Part shown: piece by piece, positions 24,704-37,715 of the stretch
How the letters are laid out: every line of letters starts with the position of its first letter
Position numbering within the stretch: the stretch's first letter is position 1
Source: Eledone cirrhosa
Taxonomy: Eukaryota
DNA: 64,000 nucleotides
Direction: 5' to 3'
NCBI GenBank assembly: GCA_964016885.1
Contig: CAXHJY010001661.1
Location: 1 to 64,000, forward strand
Notes under the pieces: model-generated
The model's input: the letters and a program-made list of their open reading frames with translations, nothing else
Database searches by the model: none
What the model was told of the DNA's origin: nothing
Translations under genes and position numbers: made by a program

Positions 24704-24895
24704 GGGCGGTGGATTGGCAGTATCGGTAGAGGGTTGGACGCCATGCTTTCCAGCATAGTTACGTCCCTTTACGATCTGAGTTCAAATCCCGCCGAGGTTG
24801 ACTTTGCCTTTCATCCTTATGGGGTCGATAAAATAAAGTACCAGTAATGCACTGGGTAATTGCTGGTCTTGTGCCTAAAGTAGAAACAATTATTA
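24704..24895 (+). mobile_element. tRNA-derived SINE, full length, preceded by an inverted copy of its 5' end (24674-24700)
   Basis: A-box-like tggcagtatcgg, B-box gagttcaaatcc, and conserved body gcctttcatccttatggggtcgataaaataaagtaccag. About ten copies occur in the window. Confidence 0.88.
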
Positions 24896-25350
24896 CTTAG
24901 AAATCATTATAATTATCTTTACTATTTATGGTTTGAAAAATACATCAAGTTTCCTTTTCTAACAATATTGCTGTTTTCTGAAATGTGCTTAATCTATGAT
25001 TATAGGTATTCTGTTGTGTTTCATACCAGTTGTACTAATTACAAATTGGATGATGGACACATTCATTAACTGACATGTTTTCTTCAATTTAATAGTTAAG
25101 TCAATGCAATGTTCTAGCTTTTCAATTTGTTTCTGCATAACATTACAGTCCTTCAATATTGCTGTAGATTATTAATACACTCTTGTCATTTTGTAATTGA
25201 AAATGATGGTTGGCTTATCAGATGTTCTCTGTAGGTATGCTAAGCTTCTATTGTTTCTTTGCATTGTTTTTTTTTCAAATGCAGGTGGAAATTGATATGG
25301 ATGCTATAAGTATTTTTCTATAATTAAAATTTTAACAATTCTTCTTCTTC

Positions 25351-25385
<35 letters not shown>

Positions 25386-25601
25386 GAATGCTATGGTTGA
25401 CGGAGGTTCGGCTCTGTAAGGTATTGTAAGTTTTGAATGCTATAACAATTGTAAATTGTTTAAAACTTTAACGAACGTGTAGACAAAAACACCCTCCTCC
25501 TCGTGAGAGGGGTCTTTCTGCCCGTTATTTGGCCCTTCGGGGTTAAATAACTGCTTATTGGGGTTTTGTGCCCAATATTTATTTCAAACAAAAAAAACAA
25601 C

Positions 25602-27711
25602 ATGGCTACGAAAAAGAATTTTCATAGGTCACTCCCACTCATTCCGTCTTCTTCTTCCTCAATCATCACTACAGCAGAGAGAAGATTGTCTCTCTCCCTC
25701 CCTTCTTTAAATGTGTCTCTCTCCCTCCCTTCTCTTTCGCAAGCGACGACAGAAGAGAAAAGTCTCGTGCAAAGCGTGCAAGATTTCTCCACGACGACGA
25801 CGACAACGACGAAACAGGTGTGCGGGAAATACGAAAACCCATTTCATTCGTCTGACGTCAGGAATAATAGCAGTAGCAGCCGTAATAACAACAGCAACAG
25901 TGAAAATGAAAACAACAGTAGCAGCCGCAACAGCATCACCAGCAGCATAAACAACAACAGCATTAGCAGCAGCAACACCAACAACAACCACAGCAACAGC
26001 GGCGGAGGCAGTAGTCGTAGTACCTGCAGCAACAACAAAAGTAACAGCAGCTCTGTCGACAACAACAACAACAGCAGCAAAGAAAAACCAATCTCATTTG
26101 CAGGTATTGCGAAGAACCTGGAAACAATCCTCATAACAAATGAGGAATTAGAGGAAGCGAAGAAGATGGTGACAAAGACTGGACACCGAGCAATCTGCAA
26201 GGCAGCGGAACATTTTTTCGAAACCCAACAGCACTGTACGGTCACGTACCGTACAGTAAGTACAAAATCCCGTAGGGTTGAAAGAACCACAGAGGCTCAA
26301 ATACAAAAAGCCTTGGGGTCTGTGTGGCAGCGGAAAACGCACATCACCCGAGGCAAAAATATGCCACCGTAGACGTACTTTTTGCCACACCCCAGGAGGC
26401 AAAGGCTCAATCCGTAGTGACCCTAAGGAGCGAGGAAATGGTGTTGGTGCCCTCCTACTGCGGGCAAAAAATTGTGAGGGTCAAACTGACCCACGTCCCC
26501 CCCCCCCCCCCGGGATGGCCCCTTCTTGGCTGGCCGCGTCTGTCCTCGTCGGAATCGAGGACAAAACAACTGTACTGCAAGTACAGAAAAAAGTAAGAGA
26601 AGATTGGGTCGGCACCTCCATTGACATGCTAATCCAAACCAACCAGGAGTGCATCGAAGCTATCCCGGATGTGATAGACTTTGATAACGGCACTCAACTG
26701 CCCATAAGTGTTGAGGGCAAACGCCCGAAATGCTTTCGCTGTGGATCGAAGACTCACCTCAGGGCCTTCTGCAACGAGAAGACCCTGAGAAAGGAGAAAA
26801 CCCCCCTCCTTCCGAAACCGGCTCCACGGCTACCAGCAACAGGACAAGCGGCAACCAGGAACGATAGGTCCGTGGCACCCATACCCACGCCACGGAAATC
26901 AAAAACAACAGCAGCAGTGGAAATATTAACAACAACAACAGCAATACCAAATGCAGCTGCAACAGAGACTCCAGTGCAAACATCACCAACAACAACAAGT
27001 GAAAGAGTGGAGCTGGTACCCCTCCCCGACCTCACAGAATAAGACATGGAGTGTGAGGTGGGAGAGGGATGGCAAAAGGTCGTAAGAAGGCACAAACGCA
27101 GAAGCAGCGCATCGTCGCCTTTGAAAAGGGAGGAAAGAAATGAGAAAAGGGTAAAGTCTACTGCAAAGAGACTCACAGCAGCAACACCACCAACACCATC
27201 ACCACCCACACTAGCACCACCATCACCACCGGCGACAACCCCACCGCCAACAACACCTTCAACACCACCAACACAAGCACCAACATCGCAAACACAACAA
27301 CAAAACACACACACCCAGCAACAACGACAAGAAAATAGCAGAACCACACCCCACCCTCAGAAAAACAAATGCACGGCAATAAATACACACAACAAGAAAC
27401 TAATGACTTACATAATTGAACACACAGACATTTCACAACACGACTACATAATACCAGCACCAATCAAAACGCCAACTAACATAAGACTGCTAAAAATAGC
27501 ACAGAAACAATACACAAACATTAAAACGAAATTCCCCAACGCAGTTGGTGATTTCAGGGACCTAGGAGGAACTATCAATCGAAGAGTATATTCGGACATA
27601 CTCATAGAAGAGCCGACGACCAGCCGAAGGGACGATTCAACGGTCCCTTCACCAGACGATCAAGTGAAAAGGGATGTAAAAACCATCCCTCCTCTACGAA
27701 AAGTACGGTAA
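25602..27711 (+). pseudogene. Tx1-type ORF1 (gag-like, CCHC knuckle) broken by frameshifts and a stop
   Basis: CFRCGSKTHLRAFC knuckle. Breaks occur near 26355, at the poly-C run ~26497-26511 and at TAA 27040-27042. It has N/S-rich and P/T-rich segments. Confidence 0.75.
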
Positions 27712-27746
27712 GTGGTCTTTCCCATCTTATCCACTCTATTTTAAAC

Positions 27747-30700
27747 ATGACCTCACTCAGAATAGGCAGCATAAATGCGCGTGGCTTGGGGTCGTCATGG
27801 AAGCAGGGTCACCTGCTCAACGACCTCAGGTCACTAAACATAGATGTAGTGGCCATCAGCGAGACCAGAATCACCGAAGCACGGGCCTTCGCACCGATCT
27901 TCGGCGGCTACGATGTGTACGCATCTCCCAGCCGTCCTGGATCGGGGGGAGGAGTTGCTGTGCTTTTTCGGAGAGGTTTGGATCTCGCCATATGGGCCAT
28001 CTTCCTGGACCAGAGGGTAAGCTGGTGGTGCTGGACGTGACCAGCCGAAACGGGCAAGCTTTCAGGCTAGTGGCCGTCTATGCCCCGACAGGAGCAGGGC
28101 GGCCTGATTTCTTCCGGCGTCTGGAGACCTTTCTTGGAACGTCCCGCTCTTTAGTGTTAGTGGGCGACTGGAACGGGATCTTAGATGCACGCTGGGACTG
28201 TGTGGGATTAGCGGATAGGGGTGGAGGGTGCAAGAGCCTCACCAACCTGCTCAGGCGTTTTGAACTGTTTGACAGGTACCGATTGGATTTCCCGAATGTG
28301 CCAATGTGGACTTGGACAAATCGCATAGGGTCATCCAGATCATATCTAGATAGAGTATTTTGTAGGGAAATAGATAGGTCTAGCATAAGCTGTCCACAAT
28401 TCAAGATAGTCAGCTACACGGACCACAAATTCGTGATCTGTGTGCTTGACTTAGATAGGCTTCATAGACGAGGACCCGGCTACTGGAAGCTAAACGCGTC
28501 CTTACCAGCGCGCAAAGCCTACAGAGACCAGATTAGCGAACTAGTTAAGCGGGCGTTGACGGGGGCCATCGTCAACAACAAGTGGTGGTTTGCTCTGAAA
28601 AGAGCGATTAGAATAGAATCCATTAGGTTTAGTAAGGCTTTAGCAATAGAGAAAAATAGAGCAGAGGGAGAACTAGTTAGAAAATTAGACGAGGCGCTTA
28701 GCAAAGGCATTGCGACCGACGTGCTTGCGGAGAAATTGGCCCTTGACCAATTCTTCAATGCAAAGCACGAAGGCTGCGTTGTCAGAGCAAGGGTGCGTGC
28801 TCTCAGACACGAGGGGACGAAAGCCGTTCAATGGGCCCGAGTGGCGGAGGCGCGTCGTGGCAACAAAGCCACGATCCGGTCTTTGGTGGACTACGACGGG
28901 CGCATGCTACTCGATCCCGGGCAAATGTGTGAAGCTTTTCAGCGACACTTCGCTCAGCTGTTCGGGGGCAGCAGTGGGCCGGGTCGAGGGATGGACTTTA
29001 GTGTCTACCTCGACGGACTGCCGCAGCTCTCGGCCACTGAGGCGAAGTGTTGCAAAAAGCCGATAACAGCCGCTGAAGTAAGGGAGGCAATGACTGGCTG
29101 CACAAGGGGTAAATCGCCTGGTTTGGATGCTCTGCCCTATGAACTTTACGTACAGATGCCAGACTTGTTCGGAGGCCTCTTGGCGGACGTCTACTGCAAC
29201 TGGCAACAGAACGGGAGAATTCCCAGTTCTGTGAGCCGAGGAGCGGTGGCACTGCTGAGAAAGGATCCGAACAAGGGGGATAACATAGATAATTTCCGGC
29301 CCATAACTCTGCTAAACACAGAGTTCAAGATTTTGGCCAAGGTGCTAGCAAAGAGGTTGGCGCTTGTCGTTGGTGGTCTGGTGGGAGAGGCGCAGACATA
29401 AGCCATTCCCGACAGATCCATCCACGACAACCTCCACCTCATGCGATACATCGTAGAGAGAGTAGCTAGGGAACTTGGCACGGGTGGGTCCTTGATCAAT
29501 TTAGATCAGTCGAAAGCTTTTGATAGGGTCGACCATCGTTACCTAGCGGCAGTCCTGAGGGCGGCTGGCTTTGGGCCCGTCTTCAGAGGCTGGATCGCTG
29601 CCATGCACAGCGACATCTGCTCTGTGGTGAGAGTGAACGGTCACTTGTCGGAACCGTTCAACATCATGCGCTCGGTCCGCCAAAGATGTCCCCTCTTGTC
29701 CCTCTTGTACGTATTGACTCTCGAGCCATTACTGCACAAACTGGAGACGTTGAGGGGCGTCCCGCGCGAACTAGGATGCGGAAGATCCGTGTCAGCTTAT
29801 GCGGACGATGTCACCGTAGTGGTATCGAACGCCAAACACATCGAGGCGATCGGCACTACACTAAGAGAATACGAAGCGGTGACAGGAGCAATGATCAACC
29901 AGGAAAAGTCAGCGGGCCTGCAGCTCGGCACCTGGAGAGGCAGGTCCATGCCGTCCAACAGCGTCGTCGGACGCTGGACGGACGGACCGGTTAAATTGAT
30001 ACGGGTCTGGTTTGGTCCGGACCTCCAGACGGACAAAAACTGGGATGAGGTGACGAGCAGGGTGGCTTCTCTCACCTAGAAATGGGCGGAGAGGAAGCTA
30101 TCCCTGAAAGGTCGAGCGGAGGTGGCTAATGCGTACATCGCGTCTGTCATCTGCTACCGCCTGACCGTCGTACCTTGTCCTAAGCCTCGCCTGACTGCGC
30201 TGGAGCGTTTGCTCTTTCGCTTTTTGTGGAAGGGACGCGCTCCGATGGTCAGGCGGTCCATCTGTTGTCAACACCCGCTACGTGGAGGGCTGGGCATGCC
30301 GTGGCTGATGATGCGCATGCACGCGCTCAGGCTACGACATCTCCACCTCTTCCTCGACGGTGATCAGGTGTGGTCGCCGTTTGCTAGACACGTCTTTCCG
30401 CAGCTCGTCTCCTTGACGGAGCTGCAGTACTGGGTCAAGCGAAGACCGAGAGGGAGCGCTTGGAGACTGGAATGTCTTCAGGCGCTCACAGCCCTCGACC
30501 AATCGGGCAATGTGATCGGTGGAAACTCCACCTCGGCGTTCTATAGAGGATTAGTGGAGGGGAAGAGCGACGACGTACTTGGGGAAACTCTAGGCGTCGA
30601 CGAAAATCAACTAGCCAATCTCTTCGGAAGAACTTTCGGGCCAGGGCCTATGGACAACTTCCAGAAATCTCTGGCCTGGCAGTGCTACCGAGGAGCATTG

Positions 30701-31165
30701 CCAGTTCGGGATAAACTCTACAGGCATGGAGGTGCCGTCAGCCGGGCATGTCCGAGATGCGCACAGGGCGACGAAACCGTCCTGCACGCACTCGTCCAGT
30801 GTCCGAAAATTGCTGACTTGTGGGTTTATGTCGAACACCTGCTGTCGCGTTTAGGACGGATCCGGCTATCATCTGAGTCCATCCTGAGGATTGCCCCGCC
30901 CTCCTTCTTTAGCCGGGAAGGGCAGGCAGTTTTTATCTGTCTGGTGGCCATGGCGAAAGAGATAGTATGGTGGACACGTTTGAAAGGGCTGAAGACGGGC
31001 ACTTACCTCTTCGGTGATGCTCTGATTGACTTTTTCAAATTTCATTTGAAAAGGAAAATCAGAGTAGAGAGGGAAGTGCTCTCTTCCCAGCATTTTGTTG
31101 AAAGATGGGTGAGAGAAGCAAGAATGGCCCGAGTGAATGTGCCTACTCTGAGTATATATCTGTAA
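27747..31165 (+). pseudogene. Tx1-type ORF2 (AP endonuclease, RT, zinc finger) with a frameshift near 28010 and stops at 29399 and 30077
   Basis: SINARGL, ISET, VYAP, GDWN, SYLDRVF, TDH, GKSPGLD, FRPITLLN, DQSKAFDRV, AYADD, CPRC..ETVLHALVQC. Confidence 0.92.
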
Positions 31166-31417
31166 ATTAAAGGTGGAAAACTGGGAGAGGGCACTTGCCT
31201 TGGTGGTCAGGGTCATTGTGGCTTTTTACTGGGCTTTCTCCACAAATGTCCCTCCGAAGTCTCCCCCCTATTGGGGAATTTTTCATTGTTATTTTTGTTA
31301 CACCCTCTGTTTTTTTTGTTTTTTTACACGCAGAAATGCCCATTTGTACCGTCCTGTATTGTCCTGCACTGTCCTTAATGTCTACTTTATGTAAACCCTT
31401 GTGGTTAATAAAGAAAA

Positions 31418-31458
<41 letters not shown>

Positions 31459-32039
31459 GAATAAACGTATTTAACAGAATTCCTGCCTAGAATGTGATTT
31501 TTCTTGGATTAACAGATGGAAAAAAAAGATTTTCTTTTCTATTGTCAGTCTGACTGTTAAACAAAATCTTTTTTATTATTTAAAGGTCCACCTAATTTTC
31601 TAAGGTTGTAATAAAGTATGTCCAAGTCAATGATCTTTAAATGTGTATATATATCTTTGCAAATAGCTATTTACATGATTTAAGTAAGTATCTCTGTAAT
31701 AGTTGATAGAGAGGCTTGTCGTAGGAGTTGTAGCATCTCAATTGTGAAAGAAATTTAAATGCCCCTTCTTCAATTTTAAATAATAAAACAGATTTCAAAA
31801 AACACAATATGATTATGAAACAAATATTCGAGTCCAAGCACAAACATTTACAGTTACGGTAATGAAGATATCAATTTAAATTTATGAAATCTATGTGAAC
31901 TGAAATGACAAAAAAATTTTATTTTTGCTAATATCAAAAGAGGATGATGGTTATGAGACAGCTCCTGGAAAATGAAAAACAAAGAAAAAGTATGCCACAA
32001 AAGAGAGAGTCTGAGAGAGTATGCCACAAAAGAGAGAGT

Positions 32040-33270
32040 TTGAGGATTTTATCTTAGAAAGAAAAGGAGAAATGTGTCATTACCTGTTTGGAAATGACAG
32101 GCTGATTTTTATATGCCATTAAAAGAGAAGTTTCCTGTGTGTTTATGAAAGATGTAAGAGGAGCAAGATCAATGAGGCTGAACGATCCTAATCTGACTAA
32201 GCTTTTCTACACAGGATGAAAGAAACTGGGAGAGGACACTTTCCATTCCCATATAGAAACAGAATAACCTGGGGTTTTGAGTGATGTTTCTCCCTGGATT
32301 TACCCTTAAGTGCATCTCGCCACTATGGAGGAACTTGTTGTCATTTGTAATTGTTTTTTGAGGTTATATTTATTTATTACAATCTCTATTATTGTTATTT
32401 CTACTGTTTTCTTTTCCATATGTCCCCTTTTCCTGACATAAATCCCATGTTGTGCTCTTTGAAATTTTTCTTTTGTCCTTCTATGTAATGCCCCCGATGT
32501 CTTGGGCCATTGTGGCAAATAAAAGGAATCATCATCATGTCAGCATATGCCGATGATGTCACCATAGTGGTGTCGAGTAGCAAACATTGAGTTGATCAAT
32601 GCTGTTCTCAAGGAATACAAAGCAATAGCAGGAGCAAAAATTAACCAGAAACAGCCCGAGGGCCTACTGCTCAGCATCTGTTAAGGCAAGTACATGCTGT
32701 TCAACAATATTGTCAGGAACTGGACAGATGAAATGGCTAAATTACTTAGGTTCTCTGGTCTTGTTCAGATGTCCAAATAGACGAAACCTGGAATATAGTA
32801 ATGAGTAGGGTGGTCACTCTCACCCCAAAATGAGCTGAGAGGAAGCTATCTCTGAAAGGTCAGGCAGAGGTGGCAAATGAGTACAACACCTCCGTCATCT
32901 ACTACCAACTGACCGTTGGCCTTGTGCTGGTCCATGGCTGACTGCACTGAAGTGTTTGCTCTTTCACTTTTTGAGGAAGGAACAAGTGCCAATGGTCAGG
33001 TGGTCCATTTGTTACCAACACCTGCTGAGTGGAGAACTGGGCATGCTGTGGCTGATGATGCCCAAACATGTGCTCAGGTTATATTATCTCCAGCCTTACC
33101 TCAACAGTGAACAGTTGTGGTCACCACTTGCTAGAGGCAGTTTTCCACAGCCTGTCTCCTTGACAGAGCTGCAGTCCTGTGTCAAGCGAAGACTGAGAGG
33201 AGCACTTGGAAACTGGAATGTCTTCAATCACTCACAACCCTCACCCAATTGGGCAAATGTAATTCGCTGA
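32040..33270 (+). mobile_element. Older degenerate Tx1-family fragments: a 3' end (~32040-32525) followed by an RT/post-RT segment (~32535-33270)
   Basis: gtcagcatatgccgatgatgtcacc aligns with 29791 onward, and aaactgggagaggacact aligns with 31178 onward. Confidence 0.75.
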
Positions 33271-33482
33271 AATTATAGCTAGTTTCTGTGTAGTTCTTTA
33301 CACATACACTGATTAACAAACATATACTTACAGCATTGATCACATGCACACTAAAATACACAAACATGTGTATATATGATGTATATGCACACGCACATGC
33401 AAACAGATAGAACAGGTAGAAAGATAGATAAAATTGTTCTCATAAGTTTAGTTAACACATAGGCATATTATATATTCAAATA

Positions 33483-34190
33483 TACACTGGATGTGTAATA
33501 GTAATATACGTGAACGGCAAAGCATAAACGAACTAAGGGAAAAATTAGAAATAAGAGGGATCAGATGTTGTTTACTCGAGAGAAGACTACGTTGGTATGG
33601 ACATGTGATGCGCATGAAAGACGACAGTTGTAAAAAAAGTGCAGGGCAATAAAAATAGACGGTAGCCATAGCGTACGCAGACCCAGAAAAACCTGGGACG
33701 ACTTGATAAATTCCGACCTCACACACTTACACCTCTCCAAGACAATGTCACTGGACCGAGATCTTTGGCGCTACACAGTAATAGAGAATACCCGCCTTAC
33801 CTAAGTACAAAGTGAAACCTACTACAGTCAGTAGGCACCTCTAACAAAATACACCCCCGTCCCACTACCCCCACCCCATCCACACCACTCCTTTCAATGT
33901 AAAGTTATGTTGGTACCATAATATCCAGCCCGAAACAAATGAGGTTGTGTAGGTGTCACGACAAAAAAACACACAGTCCACGCTGTAATGTGGCCGTGTA
34001 GGTAACACAGTAAAAATCTCCCAGTTCCACACTGTAAATGTTGTTGGTGTTAGGAAGAGCATCCAGCCGTAGAAAACCAGCCAGACAGTCCTATGTGAGT
34101 AAGACAACCACTCTTTCCTCAAGTGGGAAAACTCCTGTCCAAACCCATGCAAGCATGGAATACGGACGTTAAACAATGATGATGATGATA
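33483..34190 (+). mobile_element. RTE LINE 3' fragment with (GAT)n tail
   Basis: Close match to the reverse complement of 16161-16865. Confidence 0.9.
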
Positions 34191-34614
34191 CACTCACACA
34201 CGATCACAATAAAAAAAGATCTGCACAGGCGCACATGTGTGTGAGAGAGAGGGGGGGGAGAAAGAATAGTGTGAGACAGAGACATGACATTTAAAGATTG
34301 AGAAAAAATTTAAGAGATGGAAGAAAAAAAAAAATTTAGATTTCTTCTTGACACTCCATTCCTTCTGACCTCATTTTTCATCCTTCTCCCACTCCAATTC
34401 CATTACAACTTTCAAACATTCTCCATCTTCTTTCATGCTTATTCCCTGTTTTACCCCAAGGGAATTTGAAATGTTTTGTTCATGGATTATTCTGGGATGC
34501 ATTTGGACTTCTTTAAGAAATGACTATGAAGTTTCAAGATAAACAGACAAACGTTCACATTTATTGTATAGATTTCATTTAATGCAAGTGTTATTTATCT
34601 TTGAAATAATATTT

Positions 34615-34835
34615 CAGTAGTTGAATTAGCAGTATCGGTAGAGAGTCGAGTACCATGCTTTGCAGCATAGAGTTACGGTCCTTTACGGTCTGAGTTCAAA
34701 TCCCGCGGAGGTTAACTTTGCCTTTCATCCTTACGGGGTCGATAAAATAAAGTACCTGTCACGCACTGGGGTCAATTTAATCGACTTCCCCTTCCCCCAA
34801 ATTACTGGCCTTGTGCCTATATAAGAAACCATTAT
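34615..34835 (+). mobile_element. tRNA-derived SINE
   Basis: Same A/B boxes and body as 24704-24895. Confidence 0.85.
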
Positions 34836-35268
34836 TTTTATGGATGAGAAATACTGCATTTAAATTTAGATGTTACAGTGTTCCAGCATTCATGATTGGT
34901 GCTGAGTCTGCGTAAACATGTAAATAATATTTAAAAAAAAGAAAATGTAGAATAATATTCTATTATGGTTTTATTCATATTCTCAGCTGGTTTACAAATT
35001 AGTTCATCTGTTATGTTTGACTACAATAAAATGTACATATATGTAGTTTCATTTTCAACAAGAAAATAATGTATATAAAAGTTGAACATGACAGATAAAC
35101 AAAATATGTAGGAATACTACAGATATACGCAAAATCAGTTACGATTAAATATAGATATGATCACAGCATTCTACAAAGTTCTCTGATAATGCATATATAA
35201 ATGGAGTGCCTCAGCATGGCCCCAGTCTTATGACTGAAACCAGTAAAAGAATAAAAGAAAACACATAC

Positions 35269-35347
35269 AGCTGAGTTCTTGCCATTTCAACAGCTAATTC
35301 CAGACTTGAAGTCTGGAATTAACTGTTGAAACAGCAAGAACTCAGCC
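35269..35347. repeat. Imperfect hairpin/palindrome
   Basis: gctgagttcttgccatttcaacagctaattccagactt g aagtctggaattaactgttgaaacagcaagaactcagc. Confidence 0.85.
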
Positions 35348-35417
35348 ATCAGAACTGACTCTTTCTAATATAGTTATACTCTGCTGAATAATGGTCATAC
35401 CAGTTTAATATTGATGA

Positions 35418-36110
35418 AAGGCAGACTGATTGATGCATGCATACAAACATCAATGTTACATGGTAGTGAGACCTGGGCGTTGTGTGTAGAAGACTTGCAT
35501 AGATTAGAAAGAAACGAAGCTTGCGTGCTCTGATGGATGTGTTATAGTAATATGCACAAACAGCAAAGTATAAACGAGCTGAGAGAGAGACTGAGCATAA
35601 GAGGAATCAAATGCTCTGTACAGGATAGGAGGTTGTGTTGGTATGGGCATGTGATTTGTATGAAGGATGACAGCTGCATAAAAAGGTGCAGAGCACTAAA
35701 AGTCAATGGAAGCCTTGGAGTGGGGAAACACAAGAAGACCTGGGATGAGGTGATAAAAGCTGACCTTGCCCAATTGCACAGGGATGACACAAGACCGAGA
35801 CCTCTGGTGTTATGCAGTAATACAGAAGACCCGGCTTCCCACGGGTACAAGCTGAAGCATATAGACAATATGCCCCTATCCCCTCCCACTGCAAAGTGGT
35901 CGTGGAAGTGTCACGACAAAAAAGCACCCAGTACTCACTATAAATAAGGTTGGTGTTAGGAAGGGCATCCAGCTGTATAAATCAAGCCAAAATCAGTTCC
36001 CGTATGAGCAAGACATGGTCACCCGACCTGGCATTGCCCAGAACAGGACAACCCGTCTAACTCATGCTAGCGTGGAAGAATGGACGTGAAATGGTGATGA
36101 TGATGATGAT
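35418..36110 (+). mobile_element. RTE LINE 3' fragment of a diverged subfamily
   Basis: HGSETWALC..RRLCWYGHV..KKTWDEV and a (GAT)n tail. Confidence 0.85.
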
Positions 36111-37715
36111 ATACATACACATCTACACACACACACACATATCTATATATATGGTGCATATAATTTGTATTGAGTTTGCTAAGAAACTGACAAACTGTAC
36201 ATATACATGTGGACATCTATTCAAGGAGTTTGTATAAGAATAAAGAAGAACATAACCTACATCTATGCACAAGTTACAAATGGGTCTGCATGTGTATCTG
36301 AAAGAAGAGTATGCTTTCAAACAAGTGAATCAGTTGGAAATTCTGTGCATCTCCAAAACACATGTGTATAAAGGTTTATGTTCCTAGCTACCATGCCTTC
36401 TCAATAAAAACTGAGCTGGTTATCAAGAATATAGTTTGTTGTAGAATTCTATACTATTGAAAATTGTGCTTGTAAAGGAGAATAAGGTATAGTAACTGTG
36501 TTGAGCTCACATACGTTCTTGGTGAGTGTTCATATGTTATCTTTTAATTTATATAGTCCTTTAGCTAATGGTATCTGGGGGGAATTTAGAGGCTCATATA
36601 TTTTGGTAGGTGTTAGTATTCATAGCTGAGTATGCTCATTACTCTTATTGTTTTTCTCATAAATATTTGATTTTTGTTTTTATTCTAGACATAACTTAGA
36701 TTATTAGTCCTTCTGTGGCACTCAGTTAAATTTAGTTTTAGTTAATATTGATTTATCTGTGGATAACAAAGGATAACATAAGTAGAATGCATATGTGTAG
36801 TATAAGTGTTTTTTTTTATATTCGCAACATTTTATTACCATTTTCTTCCTAGTCGCTATAGCAAAAGAGTTTGTGTAATGGACATGATTGACTATGTGAG
36901 GTTAGCTTTTGAACAAAGCTTTTATATAACTGTAGGGTGGAGAAAAAACAATTTTCCTTCAGTAAATGTAATGAAAGGTGATTAAGAGTGGCTGGTACAA
37001 CATGGGCAAGATCTGTTTCCTTCAATTATTTTGCAAACAAAACCAGGAAGAGATTGGCCTTAATGCATTTAAGATATTTAGGGTACCCTATAATCTAGAA
37101 AACATGAGAATAGGGCTGGATTTAATAATAATGTATAAAAAGCTATATGCATAGAAGGAATAAAACTGGGACTATGTAAAATGTTACCAAAAAGAGCCTT
37201 TGGCCAGTTTCAGGTCGATGATTAAAGGCATTTCTGTCAGAGTAATGCTAATGGCATACTATCATCTGAAAAACCATACTGAAAAACCATACTGAACGTA
37301 TGATAACTGATCTGTAAGATGTAGGTAATCTTTTGTACAGTAACCACACCTTCATAACTTCACATTATTAGACAATTTCCTGTTCTCTCATATACAAGAT
37401 GGAGACATCTGGGTTTTAAAACAATTCTGATGCCTGTACACTAAATGAGTGTCTAATCTCTATATCTAGAGAGGTTTTGTTGACTGCAAGTTTGAAAGAA
37501 TGATGATTTGCATTTTATGCAATTTGCTTAAAATTTCTAGCTATTTTTTCTGTTTCCTTTGTTAACACTGTTACTGTAAGGGTTTTGTGTTATATAATTT
37601 AAAAGAACATTAGTAATATTTTGAATGTATAATTTAATGTTTTATAGCTTTTATGATTTTACATTATTCAAATTAGTTCCTTGATATATATTTCATATTT
37701 ATATATAATATAATT

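Larger units (their letters stand above)
25386..31419 (+). mobile_element. Full-length L1/Tx1-type non-LTR retrotransposon flanked by (TTA)n, inactivated
   Basis: Two-ORF layout with AATAAA at ~31407 and (TTA)n on both sides. Confidence 0.9.

Noticed and set aside
24704-24795. tRNA gene
   Set aside because: A and B boxes are present, but there is no cloverleaf and the sequence continues into a multi-copy SINE body.
25264-25312. Possible host micro-exon (tttcaaatgcag|GTGGAAATT...)
   Set aside because: Weak donor site and no supporting neighbouring exons or homology.
25470-25575. Complete HDV-like ribozyme at the Tx1 5' end
   Set aside because: P1 and P1.1 pairings could not be found by eye. 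It is retained only as a motif observation.
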